Shown: positions 22,019-32,559 of the stretch, piece after piece
How positions within the stretch are numbered: the first letter of the stretch is position 1
Layout: each line of letters begins with the position of its first letter
Assembly: GCF_001194135.2 (NCBI RefSeq)
Contig: NC_068992.1
Span: forward strand, 27,299,406 to 27,331,964
Origin: Octopus bimaculoides
Lineage: Eukaryota
Direction of reading: 5' to 3'
DNA length: 32,559 nucleotides
Translations under genes and position numbers: made by a program
Notes under the pieces: model-generated
The model's input: the letters and a program-made list of their open reading frames with translations, nothing else
The model's database searches: none
Told to the model about the DNA's origin: nothing

Positions 22019-22449
22019 ATGGTATTATTGTATGGGGCTGAGACATGGCGAACAACAGTTAAGTCGAATAAGCAAATACAGTTATTCATCAACAGGTGCT
22101 TGCGTAGTATACTTAAAATCAGATGGCCCGAACACATAAGCAACATGGAGCTATGGCAAAGAACGAATCAAGTTTCAATTAGGGAGCAAATATTTAAGAA
22201 AAAGTGAAAGTGGATTGGTAGCACAATTAGAAAAGACACACCAAATGTAGCGAAAAGTGGTTTACGGTGGAATCCGGATGGATATAGAAAGAGGGGTAGG
22301 CCCCAGAACTCGTGGCGTAGATCAACACAAAAGGAACTAGAGAAAGGGGGACATTCATGACAGAGTATAAGTACAGAAGCGAAAAATTATGCGACATGGA
22401 ATTCAATTATAAGTGGCCTATACTCCGCGTAGGAGGGTTAAAGGCATAA
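22019..22449 (+). mobile_element. 5'-truncated RTE-clade LINE, ORF2 C-terminus through the 3' end
   Basis: One frame reads VLLYGAETWRTT...FINRCLRSILKIRWPEHISNMELWQRTNQ...KK*KWIG...LRWNPDGYRKRGRPQNSWRR...SGLYSA*, typical of RTE ORF2 ends; internal TGAs fall at expected Trp positions. Confidence 0.92.
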
Positions 22450-22455
22450 ATATAT

Positions 22456-22933
22456 NNNNNNNNNNNNNNNNNNNNNNNNNNNNNNNNNNNNNNNNNNNNN
22501 NNNNNNNNNNNNNNNNNNNNNNNNNNNNNNNNNNNNNNNNNNNNNNNNNNNNNNNNNNNNNNNNNNNNNNNNNNNNNNNNNNNNNNNNNNNNNNNNNNNN
22601 NNNNNNNNNNNNNNNNNNNNNNNNNNNNNNNNNNNNNNNNNNNNNNNNNNNNNNNNNNNNNNNNNNNNNNNNNNNNNNNNNNNNNNNNNNNNNNNNNNNN
22701 NNNNNNNNNNNNNNNNNNNNNNNNNNNNNNNNNNNNNNNNNNNNNNNNNNNNNNNNNNNNNNNNNNNNNNNNNNNNNNNNNNNNNNNNNNNNNNNNNNNN
22801 NNNNNNNNNNNNNNNNNNNNNNNNNNNNNNNNNNNNNNNNNNNNNNNNNNNNNNNNNNNNNNNNNNNNNNNNNNNNNNNNNNNNNNNNNNNNNNNNNNNN
22901 NNNNNNNNNNNNNNNNNNNNNNNNNNNNNNNNN
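22456..22933. other. Assembly gap (N), (TA)n-flanked
   Basis: N run. Confidence 1.
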
Positions 22934-23599
22934 TATATATATATATATATTTGTACAAATATTCGGCGTAAAATATTGATTAATGAAACTGTCAAGCAGC
23001 AGGTAAGATGCTTTTCGAATATCGTAGTTGTTTTGTGCGTGTAAAGAGTCGAAGATAACTACTCAGATGATAAGATAACGAACAATACTACGATGCCACT
23101 GTACTGGATCCGTCCATATTCGGAATATTTAAATCTGAGAAGTTACTCTAGGGATTTAATTCAACATTGTGAGCCATTAGCGGAGCTACTACGTAGTCCT
23201 CGACCGACTAGCAATAATAATAAAATTGTTCTCAAATTATTCCCTTCGATCTCAAAAGAGTAAAATACATATTATATAATGTAGTATTCGATACAAACAT
23301 ACAAGCTATACGAAATAAAAATGGGGTGACTTTGGCTAGGATGGCTTTCATCTTGGTCGTTTAGTAATTTAATGCTGACTTGATGTTTTGTTTACAAATG
23401 ATTTGATGCTATTTACAACTTCCTATTCAACTTTTATTTTGTTATACTTTCATTGGCTCGAACGCAACCTTGCCAATAGTCAACTCTTATTAGTTTGAAC
23501 CCATCTTCCTTCGTTCGACTTTGGATTTTCGGTATCTCGTTCGATCTAAGCATTTATCGTTTGTATCTATTATACGCCTATTTTGACGTATTCTCATCC

Positions 23600-23602
<3 letters not shown>

Positions 23603-23652
<50 letters not shown>
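23603..23652. repeat. (CA)n microsatellite
   Basis: Directly visible. Confidence 0.97.
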
Positions 23653-23653
<1 letters not shown>

Positions 23654-24066
23654 AAGATTTGTGTTTGTGTGTGCGTTTGTAATTTATACAGTAGAAATAT
23701 ATACATGTGCGTGTGTGTAACTTATGCAGTAGCCATTTCTTCATAAATTGAAACAAAATTATGAACAGCATTAATCGATTTTCGAACATTATTAGGTTCA
23801 CATCAGAAGTGCCTACATCATACTAACCAATCCCGGAAAAATAAGTAGCCAACTTTATATATTCTGCAAATCCAATTGCTACAGATAACTGGAACTACTG
23901 ATTTGCACATAATAAGCGTTTAATACTTCATTTAATTATATATATTTATATTCATAAATGTATGTGCATAAGTACGTTGGTTTACGTCAGTCAAATGGGA
24001 GAGAAGTACTCAATACATGTTGCAGCGGGCTTGTCTGTTCGTTTGTTTTTAAAAAGAAACTAAAAG

Positions 24067-24149
24067 TTTGTCTCGCGACTCGAGTTTCAGGGTCATTGCG
24101 AATTTGGCCGGAAGATCGCAGCGCTGTGGAAGTCGAGTTGCGAGACAAA
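24067..24149. other. 83-nt GC-rich hairpin (pre-miRNA-like or tiny MITE)
   Basis: tttgtctcgcgactcga 24067-24083 pairs with tcgagttgcgagacaaa 24133-24149 (17 bp, one G.U); inner tgcga/tcgca stem. Confidence 0.55.
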
Positions 24150-24187
24150 TTGTCGGTTTCAGTTTGAATAACTTATATATATATATG

Positions 24188-24252
<65 letters not shown>
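24188..24252. repeat. Perfect (TAGA)16 microsatellite
   Basis: Directly visible. Confidence 0.98.
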
Positions 24253-24677
24253 CGTCTTTGTAACTAGAAAACAGAAACCAGTAGTTTAAAATTAGCAATG
24301 AGAAAATCGTTTACGGCTTAACTTTGGTCTCTTAGATTTATGATCAAATGTATTCCTGTCTTCACTTTCACGACATGTAAAGTATATGAAAGACGACTTT
24401 CTTCGCTGTGTTCTTATATTCAAAACTGCAAATACTGCATTCCAACCGTGACCAATCCCACATTATTTAATGTGTGCTTCACTTTTTCAAAACGGTGGAT
24501 TGTGATATGAGGGATATTTTACTGATATTTCTCGCAGACCGAACAATCACGTAGAGGTTCTTTCATTATCTCATATAAAGACTTCTTCGTTAACTCATAT
24601 AGATTCACACGTTGTCCTATGTAGAAGGTCCTTCATTGTTTCCTGTAGCGGTTCTTTCGTTGTTTCATGTACATCTC

Positions 24678-24877
24678 TTTTACTCTTTTACTCTTTTACT
24701 CTTACTTGTTTCAGTCATTTGACTGCGGCCATGCTGGAGCATCGCCTTTAGTCGAGAAAATCGACCCCAGGATTTATTCTTTGGAAACCTAGTACTTATT
24801 CTAAGTTACGGGGACGTAAACACACCAGCATCGGTTGTCAAGCGATGTTGGAGAGACAATCATAGACACAAACATAT

Positions 24878-24930
<53 letters not shown>

Positions 24931-25095
24931 TACGACGGGCTTCTTTCAGTTTACGTCTACTAAATCCACTCTCAAGGTTTTGGTCGGCCCGTGGCTATAG
25001 TAGAAGACACTTGCCCAAGGTGCCACGCAGTGGGAATGAACCCGGAACCATGTGGTTGGTAAGCAAGCTACTTACCACACAGCCACTCCTGCGCC
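24678..25095 (-). mobile_element. SINE family C, short variant with internal (TA)n and an 8-mer tandem tail
   Basis: Minus strand head ggcgcaggagtggctgtgtggtaag...gggttcattccc, CORE-like caccttgggcaagtg, tail gactgaaacaag(taagagtaaaagag)n; possible TSD tacatctc/tacatatc. Confidence 0.92.
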
Positions 25096-25098
25096 TAC

Positions 25099-26247
25099 AT
25101 ATCAATCTTTTCTTTAAATCTTTATCATTCTTTGCTTTTATGATGTGTACGGGTTTCGTTGCTTTTCAATAAGATCATAAGATCAGCTGACAAGGAAAAG
25201 TCGTCTGCTGCATCCGTCTTTGCCTCCTACAGAGATTTTCTCATCTCTTCATATAAGAGATTGTCTCATGGAGAGACTCCCTCCTTGTTTCATGCGGAGG
25301 CTTGGCATTAACCTCGTTTAGAGTTTCACCAGTTATCTAGAATAATCATCGTCTCATTTAGAAGTTCTTTAATTATTTTGAATATAATTACTCTCGGTGT
25401 CTCTAAATGTATGTATGTGTTTGTATGCGTGTGCATATGTGTCAGCTCTGTGCGGTGGAGGTGGGGAGGTGAATACCTTATCACTAAACACTGAGTTTTG
25501 AATAAGTTATGGAAATATTTTTTCCATTTTGCAGAAATCAGTGACAGAGTTTGAAAAAAATTGAAAACAAGATTTGATTTTAATCTAATAGTAAACATAA
25601 TTCCTGTGTCACACACAGTTTGTTTGTTTTTGTTTTTGTTTTTGTTTTTATAATCGTAGAAATAAATCTGAAAAAGTATTCCAGAAAATCTAAACGCGAA
25701 CTACTTATTGATATTTATTGAGATTGTGAATGGGGAAACTCTCAGAACAGAATCGAAGGGAAAAAAACATATCCGTAAACAAGATTTTTGCATCTCAACA
25801 CCATCTGTTTTCAGTCAAGTTTTAGTTTTTTGGTGAATAGTTAAAGAAATAGCAAAGAAAAATTATTCAACGAAATTTTTTACTTTTTTTTAGTTTGTTT
25901 TTGTTGTATGTTTTGGTGTGATCTTTTTTTTTTTATTTGTCTTTCTTTTTCAAAAATTAATCAGTGACTTGCTCACTTTCGTGAAAAACTTAACATCTTT
26001 CGTTTATTATTTTAACATCTTTCTCAGTTCTTCAGATGCCATTTACAGATTCCTTTCGTTTTTTTATTGTTCATCATGTTTGTATTGTAGGTCTTTGAAT
26101 TCCATAGAATTGTTTTTGGGTTGGGTGGATGCAACAGACGACTTTCCCTTGTCAATTGACCTAGTATTTATGATTTTATTGAAAAGCAACAAAACCCGTA
26201 GACATCATAAAAGCGAAGAATGACAGAGATTAAAAAGGTAGATATAT
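25099..26247. repeat. Pair of ~115-140-bp imperfect inverted repeats ~0.9 kb apart (possible old non-autonomous DNA transposon)
   Basis: attctttgcttttatgatgtgtacgggtttcgttgcttttcaataagatcataa...tgacaaggaaaagtcgtctgctgcatcc (~25130-25215) matches the reverse complement of ~26127-26222. Confidence 0.7.
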
Positions 26248-26753
26248 ATATATAGACAGATAAATAGGTTTATAAAAGAAAAGACAAATACGGGCCTAGA
26301 TAAATGGATATTGGAAATTTAAACAAAAACCATTTATTCGAGAGAAGGAAGAAAATACCGAAAATCAAAACATAAGAGAGAGAAAAATTAAAAAGCAGAG
26401 AGAAACAGGAATAGTGATAGAGATAGAAAAAGAAATTAAAAAGCAGGAAGACAGAGAGATTGGAGACACAGAAAAATAAAGAAGGTAAAAGCAAAATAAA
26501 ACACTAAGGACAGTAGTATACGTTTAAGTATTTACTTTCTGTGATTCTATAGACAGAAAATAAGTAGACAAACAACGAAAGATGTTGCATGAAAGAATAA
26601 TGGGAAGAAAATAGACGAAAGAAAAACAGACTAAAACCATCAATAAATAAAAAGCATTGATGAACATCGAAGGTAATATCTAAGAATGAAAAAAAAATGG
26701 CGGAGAGGAAGAATTATAATAAAAAATTACTTTTTTTCTTTTTTTTTTTTTTT

Positions 26754-26763
26754 NNNNNNNNNN
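26754..26763. other. 10-N gap inside a poly(T) tract
   Basis: N run. Confidence 1.
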
Positions 26764-26935
26764 TTTTTTTTTTTTTTTTTTTTTTTGTTAAGTAGCATGC
26801 GTCATTTTAGTTGATCCAACACTAATCAAAAACTGGAATGTTCTTATAACTTGTGTAATTTTCCATAATAAATCTGTCTTTCATGTAGATCACTTCCCAT
26901 TCATAAGATTATTTCCTTTCTCTCTTACAACGCAG

Positions 26936-27012
26936 CATGTTCTTCAGAAACAGCAGCGCTGTTTGTTCTTGGAATTATAGGAGGTCATATCTATTTGATA
27001 GATATTAATGAG
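26936..27012 (+). CDS. Candidate 77-nt exon (xCSSETAALFVLGIIGGHIYLIDINE, phase 1 to 0)
   Basis: Strong tttcctttctctcttacaacgcag| acceptor and gag|gttaga donor; only one frame is open; beta-strand-like peptide. Confidence 0.55.
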
Positions 27013-27023
27013 GTTAGAAATAT

Positions 27024-27165
27024 TCAAATTTTGGCACAAGACAGCATTTTCGGAGCAGGGGACAAATCGATTGCATCGACCCCAGTGCTCAACTGGTACT
27101 TATTTTATCGACCCCGAAATGATGAAAGGCAAAATCGACCACGGTAGAATTTGAACTAAAAACAG
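27024..27165 (-). mobile_element. SINE family A, partial
   Basis: atcgaccccagtgctcaactggtacttattttatcgaccccgaaatgatgaaaggcaaaatcgacc. Confidence 0.88.
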
Positions 27166-27235
27166 AATGAGGTTCGAAATATTAAATGGTATTAAGAAAT
27201 ACAATTTCGTTTAAACTTAGAATATTTTCGCAGTG

Positions 27236-27612
27236 TGGAGGCGCAATGTCCCAGTGATTAGGACAGCGAATTCGCGGTCGTAGGATCGCGGTTTCTATTC
27301 CCAGACCGGGCGTTGTGAGTCTTTATTGAGCGAAAACACCTAAAATTCCACAAGGAGCAGGGGATGGTAGCGAACTCTGCTGTACTCTTTCACTATAACT
27401 TTCTCTCACTCTTTCTTCCTGTTTCAGTTGTACCTGTATTTCAAAAGGCCAGCCTTGTCATACTCTGTGTCACGCTGAATCTCCCCGAGAACTACGTTAA
27501 GGGTACACGTATCTGTGGAGTGCTCAGCCACTTGCACGTTAATTTCACGAGTAGGATGTTCCGTTGATCGGATCAACTGGAATCCTCGTCGTCGTAACCG
27601 ACGGAGCGCCAC
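27236..27612 (+). mobile_element. SINE family B, full length
   Basis: tggaggcgcaatgtcccagtgattagg head; approximate TSD tattttcgcag (27223-27233) / tatttctcgcag (27613-27624). Confidence 0.94.
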
Positions 27613-27921
27613 TATTTCTCGCAGCATTTCTTCCGGATCAACACACTCAACAATATTTTATAAGTTAAACATAAGTATTCTAGCAAACTGGGACGTTGAC
27701 TGATATCACTAGTATTCGAGTTTGGAAAATACAACAACAGATAAAACTATGTTGAAATAATTCAAGACCACAACGGAATTTCCATTGACATTTTAAACCA
27801 ATTCGTCTTATTTACACTTGTAATGCTCACAGAATTATCGGGACCATCACAATAATCTACTTTCCTCTTCTCTATGTTATTCTGTGCCTAATGAAAAGAG
27901 ATTAATATTTAGATAAAACAA

Positions 27922-28130
27922 GGCGGCAAGCTAACAGAATTGTTAGCTTGGCAAGATGCTTAGCGGTATTTCGTCTGTTCTTATGTCGTGAGTTCAAATT
28001 CCGCCAAGGTTGTTTCAGCCTTTCAACCCTTTTAGGGTTAATAGGATAAGTACCAGCTAAGCACGGAGATCAATATAATCGACTTAGCCCCTCTCCCAAA
28101 CTTGCTGACCTTGTACCAAAATTTAAGACC
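27922..28130 (+). mobile_element. SINE family A, 15-bp TSD with 1 mismatch
   Basis: aatatttagataaaa at 27904-27918 vs aatatttagctaaaa at 28131-28145. Confidence 0.9.
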
Positions 28131-28423
28131 AATATTTAGCTAAAAGAGAACGAGCAGCTGGATGTAAAAACATAGACTTTAACTAATGCTGTGCACTATT
28201 TTTAATTTTCATGTTCCAAGCAGATCAATCTTATCTTTTAATCCTACATGCCATAGAAAATATGCACCAGTAATACATTTTGGTTAAACTAATACTGCTA
28301 ATACAACAAGATATTTTTGTACCTAGACAAACAGAAATGTTCGTATTTGATGGCATATAAGATGCAATTTTTTTACTAAAAGAAATATCTCCCTGCGTTC
28401 GATATTGGAAGTTGGGCCCTATA

Positions 28424-28570
28424 TCTACTTTAAATTTTGGCACAAAGCCAGCAAATGCTCGACTGTTACTTATTTCATCGATCCCAAAGGGATGAAAGTA
28501 GAGTCGACCTCGGCGGAATTTGAACCCAAAACATAAAGACGGACGAAATACCATTAATCATTTCGTAAAG
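28424..28570 (-). mobile_element. SINE family A, partial with internal deletion
   Basis: gtcgacctcggcggaatttgaacccaaaacataaagacggacgaaatacc. Confidence 0.88.
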
Positions 28571-28589
28571 GCTTACATGCTGAGTAACA

Positions 28590-28885
28590 TGGCTGCAGAG
28601 ACTACACTTAAAGACGCTGTCAATCAATCTGGTCCTGGTGTTGATCTTTCGTCGAATTTTCTTCTGTTCAGCAGCAATCCTCAATCTCTCATCTCGTTAT
28701 TTTTCAAACGCTTGTCTAGTTCCAGTATACTGTTGGAACGATTATCAGCAACGTCCTTCCACTAGTCAACGTTCCTATAAAGAAACTTCATATCGCTCTT
28801 TGGAGTTTTCCTTGTGTTCTCTTACAGGACATCGTTCACCATAAAATTCTTCATTTTCATATGACATTCGAATTAAGGCAACAGA
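28590..28885 (-). mobile_element. Decayed RTE-clade (BovB-like) LINE ORF2 C-terminus with a CxxC motif
   Basis: Minus strand reads RMSYENEEFYGE...KERYEVSL*...QAFEK*RDERLRIAAEQKKIRRK...FKCSLC, matching the RM...FYGEL...KRYKDSLK...FE.R...KR.RK...F.C..C pattern; a different subtype from 22019-22449. Confidence 0.7.
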
Positions 28886-29014
28886 TCTTCATCAGAGTGA
28901 AAAACAAGACCATACACCATAAACAAAAGGAAGAACGAAAACGATACACAGGTAACGGATACTGATAGTATATACGGATATTTTATCCCTTAGTCGGTTA
29001 CTATAACCGCTAAC

Positions 29015-29019
<5 letters not shown>

Positions 29020-29045
<26 letters not shown>

Positions 29046-29877
29046 NNNNNNNNNNNNNNNNNNNNNNNNNNNNNNNNNNNNNNNNNNNNNNNNNNNNNNN
29101 NNNNNNNNNNNNNNNNNNNNNNNNNNNNNNNNNNNNNNNNNNNNNNNNNNNNNNNNNNNNNNNNNNNNNNNNNNNNNNNNNNNNNNNNNNNNNNNNNNNN
29201 NNNNNNNNNNNNNNNNNNNNNNNNNNNNNNNNNNNNNNNNNNNNNNNNNNNNNNNNNNNNNNNNNNNNNNNNNNNNNNNNNNNNNNNNNNNNNNNNNNNN
29301 NNNNNNNNNNNNNNNNNNNNNNNNNNNNNNNNNNNNNNNNNNNNNNNNNNNNNNNNNNNNNNNNNNNNNNNNNNNNNNNNNNNNNNNNNNNNNNNNNNNN
29401 NNNNNNNNNNNNNNNNNNNNNNNNNNNNNNNNNNNNNNNNNNNNNNNNNNNNNNNNNNNNNNNNNNNNNNNNNNNNNNNNNNNNNNNNNNNNNNNNNNNN
29501 NNNNNNNNNNNNNNNNNNNNNNNNNNNNNNNNNNNNNNNNNNNNNNNNNNNNNNNNNNNNNNNNNNNNNNNNNNNNNNNNNNNNNNNNNNNNNNNNNNNN
29601 NNNNNNNNNNNNNNNNNNNNNNNNNNNNNNNNNNNNNNNNNNNNNNNNNNNNNNNNNNNNNNNNNNNNNNNNNNNNNNNNNNNNNNNNNNNNNNNNNNNN
29701 NNNNNNNNNNNNNNNNNNNNNNNNNNNNNNNNNNNNNNNNNNNNNNNNNNNNNNNNNNNNNNNNNNNNNNNNNNNNNNNNNNNNNNNNNNNNNNNNNNNN
29801 NNNNNNNNNNNNNNNNNNNNNNNNNNNNNNNNNNNNNNNNNNNNNNNNNNNNNNNNNNNNNNNNNNNNNNNNNNNAT

Positions 29878-29909
<32 letters not shown>

Positions 29910-29972
29910 ATTATATATATATATATGTGTGTGTGTGTATGTGTGTGTATGTATGTATATATTATACATACA

Positions 29973-30008
<36 letters not shown>

Positions 30009-30012
30009 CATG
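29020..30012. repeat. (TA)n, (TG)n and (TACA)n microsatellites around an N gap (29046-29875)
   Basis: Directly visible. Confidence 0.97.
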
Positions 30013-31142
30013 CCCACACATGCATCGATCAAGTTGATTACCGAACGCTCAGTTTAATCAATAGGTTTATTAATGTAGTAAGAAATATAACTATTAATTA
30101 CAATTAGTTTCGGTATCAATGTCTGAAGACTTAATTAGAAAGATCAACTAAAGAGCAAAATCTGAAGAAAACTGAAATTCAAATTAATTTTAAATAAGGA
30201 TGTTTAATATAAGAGAATTTTTCACTAAATCGTATTCTCGTTAAAGAAAAGGACGCCAATTTCCATAAGTACTTACGGGTGATTTTACTGCGGATGAGAA
30301 ATATTATTGAAGATGATCACAAAACACTAACTCAAATGCAGTCAGATCTTTTAGACAAGATAAATCTTTTACACAACACCATAGCCATTCTGAGCAGCTG
30401 TTATTAACTGCTACAAGGACAAGAAAGCTATTCGAGTCGATATATAAGAATAACTAGCTCAATTTGTGGAAAAAGTTCAGTCTACTGTCTTCCAGCTAAT
30501 AAGATGAACTGGTGAACTTTTCAGATAAATATTTCATTTCTGGCTATCATAAAGTACACTAACGAATGACTATGTAGAGTGTCTCGGTTTTAATAACTAC
30601 AGACTTTTAAAAGTTTCATAACTTCAAGAGTTGAGGGGATAATGTGAAGGAAGGCGATGGATATAAACTAAATTAAATGTGATTTTCGACTGTTGTGTTT
30701 ACAATAAAACTAATATCATCGACATAAGCAATAAAATTTTTGCAGACGACATTTTCAAAACCGTCCATTCAGAGTGGTTAATCGTCTCTTACTCCACGGT
30801 GAAATCATCTTGTTTTATTAAATAAAATCTCGATGGAAGAATAAAATACGTAATCATATTTTCTCAATGTTTTCATTTTGTTAAATAAAATCATACAATG
30901 CAGGAAAGGAAAAGTAAAAGCGAGATGACAGAGCTTTGTATTCGGTTTGTCTCCTTATTTTACTATGGCTACCTTAAGAGATAGTTAAATCGTTAGAAGC
31001 AGAGTAGTTGTATAATAATGGATGTATTTTCCGATTTAGTTTTAGTCTTTCTATGTTCTGAAATCAAATTTCATTTAGAACGAATTTGCCTTTCGTTCTT
31101 TCGAGACAGACAAATTAGTTTCCATGCATATTCCTTTACCTT

Positions 31143-31483
31143 TTGTTTCTTTTAATCATCGGACAGCGGCCATACTGGAGCACCGCCTTAAAGGGTCCAG
31201 TTAAACAAATCTACTCCAGTACTTATTTTTTAAAGTCTGGTATTTATTCTAGCGGTCTCATTTGCCGAACCGCTTATAATACGGTGTTGTAAATAACTCA
31301 ACACTGGTTGCCAATTCTCTATACTACTTCTATATGCAAGTGGTTCCGATCACTGAAGAAAAAGCTACGTACTCATTTGGTCTGCTCCAAATAGCAGTCA
31401 AATCTCTTTCAAATTGCGCTCTACCATCTGTTTTAAAACAATTGAAAGAACAGATAGGTTCATGCGGTCATAAACTTTGTCTG
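31143..31483 (-). mobile_element. SINE family C long variant, 3' part plus middle module (head missing)
   Basis: gcggccatactggagcaccgcc, gccgaaccgct, and a module matching 6271-6410. Confidence 0.8.
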
Positions 31484-31604
31484 AAAAGACATGGCGATAA
31501 TGAAGATTAGAACACCTCCCATGCTCGATCAGAACTAACCCAGGGCTAAACACTAACAACTGTTGGTTTTGTGACAATATCTAAATTTTTATTCTGCGAC
31601 AATA

Positions 31605-31962
31605 TGTTGTTGGCACTCCGTCGCTTACGACGTCGAGGGTTTCAGTCGATCCGATCAACGGAACAGCCTGCTCGTGAAATTAGCGTGCTGAGCACTCCAC
31701 AGACACGTGTACCCTTAACGTAGTTCTCGAGGGATATTCAGCGTGACACAGTGTGACAAGGCTGGCCCAGAAACAGGAAGAAAGAGTGAGAGAAAGTTGT
31801 GGTGGAAGAGTGCAGCAGGGTTCGCCACCATCCCCTGCCGGAGCCTCGTGGAGCTTTAGGTGTTTTCGCTCAATAAACACTCACAACGCCCGGTCTGGGA
31901 ATCGAAACCGCGATCCTATGACCGCGAGTCCGCTGGCCTAACCACTGGGCCATTGCGCCTCC
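31605..31962 (-). mobile_element. SINE family B with two internal deletions, perfect 12-bp TSD
   Basis: tctgcgacaata at 31593-31604 and 31963-31974. Confidence 0.95.
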
Positions 31963-32277
31963 TCTGCGACAATAACAAAGTGGTGAACTTTAAACCTCAG
32001 AGCGCCAAACTAAATACTTTACTGTTATTTTGTTTCAGCCTTGACAATTGTGAGTTCAAATTACACTAAGATTCGTATCTTCTTTATCAAAACAATTAAC
32101 AAACTTCCCAAATTAGATTTGTTTAAAACCGCTGAATATTTTAAGCTTTGAATATAAATTAATCAATTAGTATAATAAACACATCATAATTCTTAAGTAA
32201 AACCATCTATTTTTACAATAAAAAGTAACAGGGTAACTAATCTTAGCTTATTTTGAAACTTTCAAAGAATTAATATT

Positions 32278-32488
32278 CTTTTCTACTCTAGGTACAAAGC
32301 CCGAATTTTGGAGGGAAGGGGGCCAATTGATTAGATCGACCAGTACGCCACTGGTACTTAATTTATCGACTCCGAAAGGTTAAAAGGCAAAGTCGACCTC
32401 GGCGGAATTTGAACTCAGAACATAAAGACAGACAAAATACTGCTAAACATTACGCCCGGCGTGCGAACGTTTCTGCCAGCTCGCCGCC
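32278..32488 (-). mobile_element. SINE family A, full length, 17-bp TSD with 2 mismatches
   Basis: ttcaaagaattaatatt at 32261-32277 vs ttcgaagaatttatatt at 32492-32508. Confidence 0.93.
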
Positions 32489-32519
32489 TTTTTCGAAGAA
32501 TTTATATTAAAATTCTTTA

Positions 32520-32559
32520 AAGGCAGCAAGGTGGTAGAATCATTAGCACACTGGGCAAA
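32520..32559 (+). mobile_element. Probable 5' end of another SINE A copy, cut by the window edge
   Basis: aaggcagcaaggtggtagaatcattagcacactgggcaaa resembles the family A head. Confidence 0.6.

Noticed and set aside
22990-23010. Consensus donor cag|gtaaga
   Set aside because: No usable upstream acceptor before the (TA)n and gap.
25918-26223. 101-aa ORF or terminal exon candidate
   Set aside because: The N-terminus is low-complexity and the C-terminal part is the reverse-complement arm of a repeat.
27684-27750. Frame containing SIRVWKI (WD40-like)
   Set aside because: Weak acceptor and weak donor (gttgaa); may be chance.
28719-28950. ~78-codon + strand open frame with an acag|gtaacg donor
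   Set aside because: It is the antisense of the decayed RTE ORF2 on the minus strand.

Overview
This is an AT-rich, gapped eukaryotic (animal) scaffold, not a prokaryotic locus. It has 7 N-runs, most of them bordered by microsatellites, and no intact long ORF. The SINE families and microsatellite style look like Octopus or another coleoid cephalopod; this is my recollection, not a database check. The window is mostly layered mobile DNA. It holds about 18 copies or fragments of three tRNA-type SINE families, many with clear target-site duplications (TSDs), a decayed L2/CR1-group LINE RT, and two different RTE-clade LINE 3' ends. A decayed Ty3/Gypsy pol (RT-RNaseH-integrase) is split by a long-TIR foldback element, which itself contains a SINE, and by a 471-bp insert. 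There is also a possible Penelope-like remnant ending in a hammerhead-ribozyme-like fold. Scattered through this are very small + strand exon candidates (19-77 nt) with good splice sites, several of which join in frame and suggest an unidentified multi-exon host gene, possibly beta-propeller-like. I found no convincing novel protein system. The best leads are the hammerhead-like motifs, an 83-nt GC-rich hairpin, the micro-exon gene and the nested insertions.
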